From: Desulfocapsa sulfexigens DSM 10523
GTDB taxonomy: Bacteria > Desulfobacterota > Desulfobulbia > Desulfobulbales > Desulfocapsaceae
Reading direction: 5' to 3'
NCBI RefSeq assembly: GCF_000341395.1
Contig: NC_020304.1
Location: 3,360,001 to 3,392,000 of the forward strand
DNA: 32,000 nt
Shown here in pieces: positions 28,367 through 32,000 of this stretch. Every line of letters starts with the position of its first letter. The stretch's first letter is position 1. The notes beneath the pieces are model-generated. The model was not told where the DNA came from. It saw nothing but the letters and a program-made list of their open reading frames with translations, and did not search any database. The translations under genes were made by a program, and so were the position numbers.

Positions 28367-31300
28367 ATGCCTAAACGCGACGACTTACAAAAAATAATGC
28401 TCATTGGTTCCGGGCCGATTATTATCGGTCAGGCATGTGAGTTTGATTACTCTGGAGTGCAGGCATGTAAAGCGCTGAAGGAAGAGGGGTATGAAGTAAT
28501 ACTGATCAATTCCAACCCGGCCACCATCATGACAGACCCGGAATTCGCACAACGCACCTATATTGAACCGCTTCAGGCCGATGTCCTTGAGGCAATTATC
28601 ATAAGAGAACGGCCAGATGCCCTGCTGCCAACCCTGGGGGGTCAAACAGCTCTGAACCTTGCACTCGATCTTGCCGACCGTGGTGTTCTTGAGCAGTATG
28701 GTGTTGAACTGCTGGGGGCAAATGCCCATTCCATCCGCAAGGCAGAGGACAGGCAACTGTTTAAGGAAGCCATGGCCAATATTGGTCTCGACCTGCCACG
28801 TAGCGGAACAGCGCACACCTTTGAAGAGGCGGTGCTGATCAGGGAGCAACTGGGCGTTTACCCCCTGGTGATTCGGCCTGGTTTCACCCTTGGCGGCACC
28901 GGTGGAGGTATTGCCTACAATAATCAGGATTTTGAAGAAACTGTCAACAGGGGACTGTTTTACAGCCCTACTTCCGAGGTACTCATTGAAGAGTCCATTC
29001 AGGGCTGGAAGGAGTTTGAGTTGGAGGTGATGCGGGACGGGAAAGATAACTGCGTGATTGTCTGTTCCATTGAAAACTTCGACCCCATGGGTATTCACAC
29101 GGGGGACTCCATCACGGTGGCTCCAATCCAGACCCTCACTGACCGCGAATACCAGCTCATGAGGGATGCCTCCCTTGCCGTCATGCGTGAAATTGGTGTG
29201 GAGACGGGTGGTTCCAACGTCCAGTTTGCCTTAAACCCCAAGGACGGCAGGATGGTCATCATTGAAATGAACCCGAGAGTCTCCCGTTCAAGCGCACTGG
29301 CCTCCAAGGCTACTGGTTTTCCCATAGCCAAGATTGCCGCTAAACTAGCCATTGGCTATACACTGGATGAACTGCAGAATGATATCACCCGTGAAACTCC
29401 GACCTGCTTTGAACCCACCCTGGATTATGTGGTAACCAAAATCCCGCGCTTCACCTTTGAAAAATTTCCGACCGCCGATGATACTTTGGGCACTCAGATG
29501 AAATCTGTCGGGGAAGCCATGAGCATTGGCAAGACATTTAAGCAATCCCTGCAAAAAGCCCTGCGTTCAATTGAGACCGGTCGGGCCGGTTTTGGTGCTG
29601 ATGGCAGGGACGGATCCCTTGAAACTTTAAGTGATGATGAACTTGAAAGCCGGCTGCGCACCGCAAAGCCGGATCGGATCTTTCTGATACGAGTCGCTTT
29701 TAGAAGATGTTGGAGCGTGGAAAAAGTACACCATCTTTGCACCGTTGACCCCTGGTTTCTTGGTCATCTAGCTGAGCTTGCCGCCTACGAGGATGAGATC
29801 AGAAGTGCTGAATCACTGAAAGGTCTCAGGCAGGATCTGCCTCTCTTTAGACAGGCTAAGGAATTTGGCTACTCAGATTGTCAAATTGCCTGGTTGCTGA
29901 ATACCACAGAGGAGAAGGTACGACAGGCCAGAATGGAGTGCAACCTTCTACCGGTATACTCTCAGGTTGACACCTGTGCAGCAGAGTTTGCAGCACATAC
30001 CCCTTATTTTTATTCAACCTATGGTGATGTCAACGAAAGCATACCAACAGAGCGAAAGAAGATCATGATCATTGGCGGCGGGCCAAACCGTATCGGCCAG
30101 GGTATCGAATTTGATTATTGCTGTGTTCATGGCTCATACGCACTGCAGGGTGCAGGGATTGAAACCATTATGGTGAATTCAAACCCTGAAACCGTCAGCA
30201 CCGACTACGACACCAGTGATCGTCTCTATTTTGAGCCTTTGACTCTGGAAGATATCCTTCATATCTATGGGAACGAAAAATGTGACGGTGCCATAGTTCA
30301 ATTTGGCGGCCAAACCCCGCTGAATCTCGCCCGTGATCTTGAAAAAAATGGAGTAACCGTCATCGGTACCAGCCCCGCTGATATTGAAGCTGCTGAAGAC
30401 CGTAAGTTTTTCAGCCGACTGGTGAAAAACCTTGGCATCCTCCAGCCTGAAAATGGTATGGCCTCGACCATTGAGGAAGCCAGGACCATAGCGGCAGAGA
30501 TCGGATATCCGGTGTTGATCCGTCCTTCATTTGTACTGGGCGGACGGGCTATGATGATTGTTTATGATGAAGAGATGCTCACAACATACATGGACGAGGC
30601 AGTTGATGCTTCGGAAGATCGACCTGTGCTGATTGATCGCTATCTTGAGGATGCGGTGGAGGTTGATGTGGACTGTATCTCGGATGGTCACACAACGGTT
30701 GTGGCCGCGGTCATGGAGCATATTGAACATGCCGGAGCTCATTCTGGTGATTCTGCCTGTATGATTCCTGCCGTCAGTCTTTCAGCTTCAACAGCTGAAA
30801 GCATCAGAAGCCATGCCCATTCACTGGCAAAGGGGTTACGGGTATGTGGATTGATGAATATTCAATTCGCCATCCATAACGAGGATGTGTATGTCCTTGA
30901 AGTCAATCCGCGCGCCTCACGTACCGTGCCCTTTGTCAGCAAGGCCATTGGCGTCCATCTGGCCAAACTTGGCGCTCTGGTTATGGCCGGATACAGCCTG
31001 GAGTCGCTTGGATTTACTGAAGAGATTATCCCGGCTCACTGCAGTGTCAAAGAGGCGGTATTTCCCTTTAATCGGTTTCCCGGGATTGATGTGCAGCTTG
31101 GCCCGGAAATGAAATCCACCGGTGAGGTCATGGGCATTGATCCTTTCATGAACCTTGCCTTTTATAAAAGTCAGCTGGCTGCCGGTAATCATATTCCCAC
31201 CAGCGGCAACATTTTCTTGAGTATCCGTAACCGGGATAAGGCTGCCATGCTCCCTCTTGCCGACAGACTGTTTAGAATTGGCTTCACCATCTTTGCTACC

Positions 31301-31639
31301 AGCGGCACCAGCAGTATTCTCGCAGATCACTCCATCCCCAGCCTCTCTGTTGCGAAAATCGCAGACGGCAGCCCCAATGTTCTTGATCTTATTGAGGAGA
31401 AGAAAGTGGACTGGCTGATCAATATCCCCACCGGCAGCACAACAACACGGATTGACGGAATAAAAATGCGCAGTCTGGCCGTAATGCGAGGACTGCCCAT
31501 CACCACAACCTTAAGCGGTATGCAGGCAGCAACAAATGGACTGTCAACGCTGAAAGAAAAGCCTATTACTGTCTGCAGCCTACAGGAATTTCACAGTAAT
31601 GCACCGCTGATCAACCTGCCAGGAGGCACAGCACCATGA
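28367..31639 (+). CDS. carB: Carbamoyl-phosphate synthase large subunit
   Basis: 1090 aa. N-terminus [30 protein letters not shown], with the duplicated second half starting [22 protein letters not shown]. It has two ATP-grasp halves and a C-terminal MGS-like domain. Confidence 0.97.
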   Translation: MPKRDDLQKIMLIGSGPIIIGQACEFDYSGVQACKALKEEGYEVILINSNPATIMTDPEFAQRTYIEPLQADVLEAIIIRERPDALLPTLGGQTALNLALDLADRGVLEQYGVELLGANAHSIRKAEDRQLFKEAMANIGLDLPRSGTAHTFEEAVLIREQLGVYPLVIRPGFTLGGTGGGIAYNNQDFEETVNRGLFYSPTSEVLIEESIQGWKEFELEVMRDGKDNCVIVCSIENFDPMGIHTGDSITVAPIQTLTDREYQLMRDASLAVMREIGVETGGSNVQFALNPKDGRMVIIEMNPRVSRSSALASKATGFPIAKIAAKLAIGYTLDELQNDITRETPTCFEPTLDYVVTKIPRFTFEKFPTADDTLGTQMKSVGEAMSIGKTFKQSLQKALRSIETGRAGFGADGRDGSLETLSDDELESRLRTAKPDRIFLIRVAFRRCWSVEKVHHLCTVDPWFLGHLAELAAYEDEIRSAESLKGLRQDLPLFRQAKEFGYSDCQIAWLLNTTEEKVRQARMECNLLPVYSQVDTCAAEFAAHTPYFYSTYGDVNESIPTERKKIMIIGGGPNRIGQGIEFDYCCVHGSYALQGAGIETIMVNSNPETVSTDYDTSDRLYFEPLTLEDILHIYGNEKCDGAIVQFGGQTPLNLARDLEKNGVTVIGTSPADIEAAEDRKFFSRLVKNLGILQPENGMASTIEEARTIAAEIGYPVLIRPSFVLGGRAMMIVYDEEMLTTYMDEAVDASEDRPVLIDRYLEDAVEVDVDCISDGHTTVVAAVMEHIEHAGAHSGDSACMIPAVSLSASTAESIRSHAHSLAKGLRVCGLMNIQFAIHNEDVYVLEVNPRASRTVPFVSKAIGVHLAKLGALVMAGYSLESLGFTEEIIPAHCSVKEAVFPFNRFPGIDVQLGPEMKSTGEVMGIDPFMNLAFYKSQLAAGNHIPTSGNIFLSIRNRDKAAMLPLADRLFRIGFTIFATSGTSSILADHSIPSLSVAKIADGSPNVLDLIEEKKVDWLINIPTGSTTTRIDGIKMRSLAVMRGLPITTTLSGMQAATNGLSTLKEKPITVCSLQEFHSNAPLINLPGGTAP

Positions 31640-32000
31640 AAGAAGTACAATCAAAATCCTGGGATTGGGCAGCAAAAAGGGAAAAAAAAGCATTTCTTGC
31701 GCTTGAAGACGGCTCAATATATCATGGCTACTCAATTGGGTTTACTCGTGACACCATGGGAGAAGTTGTCTCTAATACCGGCATGACGGGGTATCAGGAG
31801 ATACTCTCTGATCCCTCTTACAGTGGCCAGTTGATCACTCTGACCTACCCTGAAATCGGCAACACAGGAGTAAACCCGGCTGATATGGAGTCAAGAGGTA
31901 TATTTGCCCGTGGTCTGATTGTTCATGATTACAACATTCACAGCAACTGGCGGGCCAAGGAACCGCTCAGCTCATGGCTTACCCGCAGCAAAGTGCCAGC
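31636..32000 (+). CDS. carA: Carbamoyl-phosphate synthase small (glutaminase) subunit, N-terminal part; runs off the window
   Basis: The ATG at 31636 overlaps the carB stop (ATGA). The frame is open to nt 32000. [59 protein letters not shown] aligns with the CarA N-terminus. It is absent from the ORF track because there is no stop codon in the window. Confidence 0.9.
   Translation, partial: MKEVQSKSWDWAAKREKKAFLALEDGSIYHGYSIGFTRDTMGEVVSNTGMTGYQEILSDPSYSGQLITLTYPEIGNTGVNPADMESRGIFARGLIVHDYNIHSNWRAKEPLSSWLTRSKVP

Noticed and set aside
28385-29098. 237-aa minus-strand ORF, plus further minus ORFs at 29095-29742 and 30917-31330
   Set aside because: They are antisense to carB, which is unambiguous. 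They are shadow ORFs.
1-32000. CRISPR arrays, tRNA, rRNA, prophage or defence-system genes
   Set aside because: No spaced direct repeats, cloverleaf-like or rRNA-like segments, and no nuclease, methylase or phage-structural signatures were seen in any frame.

Overview
This 32-kb window is about 45% GC by eye and has no rRNA, tRNA or CRISPR. All genes but two are on the + strand. The gene content suggests an anaerobic, cytochrome-rich, deltaproteobacterium-like organism, but that is inference only.

**Left 18.4 kb (most unusual part).** Two different periplasmic multiheme-cytochrome / Tat-FeS / NrfD-type membrane modules are present. Each is physically coupled to its own FtsH protease paralog and to one member of a paralogous pair of two-TM membrane sensors with crippled kinase parts. 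One sensor is DHp-only with His->Asn. The other keeps the His but has degenerate ATP-binding boxes. Between the modules lies a sigma-54 signalling operon: a GAF-PAS-PAS histidine kinase, an output-less membrane tandem-PAS protein, and a REC-PAS-AAA+ enhancer-binding protein.

Two near-identical sigma-54 promoters and a repeated 16-mer palindromic motif tie the pieces together. The second promoter drives an IS1595-like transposase-derived ORF that ends 3 nt before ftsH paralog 2.

**Middle (18.5-26.4 kb).** This is a cation/signalling island:
- an NhaR-like LysR regulator and a small lipoprotein
- a frameshifted HPF-like remnant and an amphi-Trp-like small protein
- a P2-type cation ATPase and a USP fragment
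- a single-domain voltage-gated channel with the filter TFEDWTD, which is Ca-channel-like rather than NaChBac-like

The channel gene overlaps a membrane histidine kinase and a GGDEF cyclase.

**Right end.** It holds an orphan ccsA, a DUF2294 gene, and carB followed by carA (inverted order, ATGA overlap). A long leader ending in an intrinsic terminator precedes carB.
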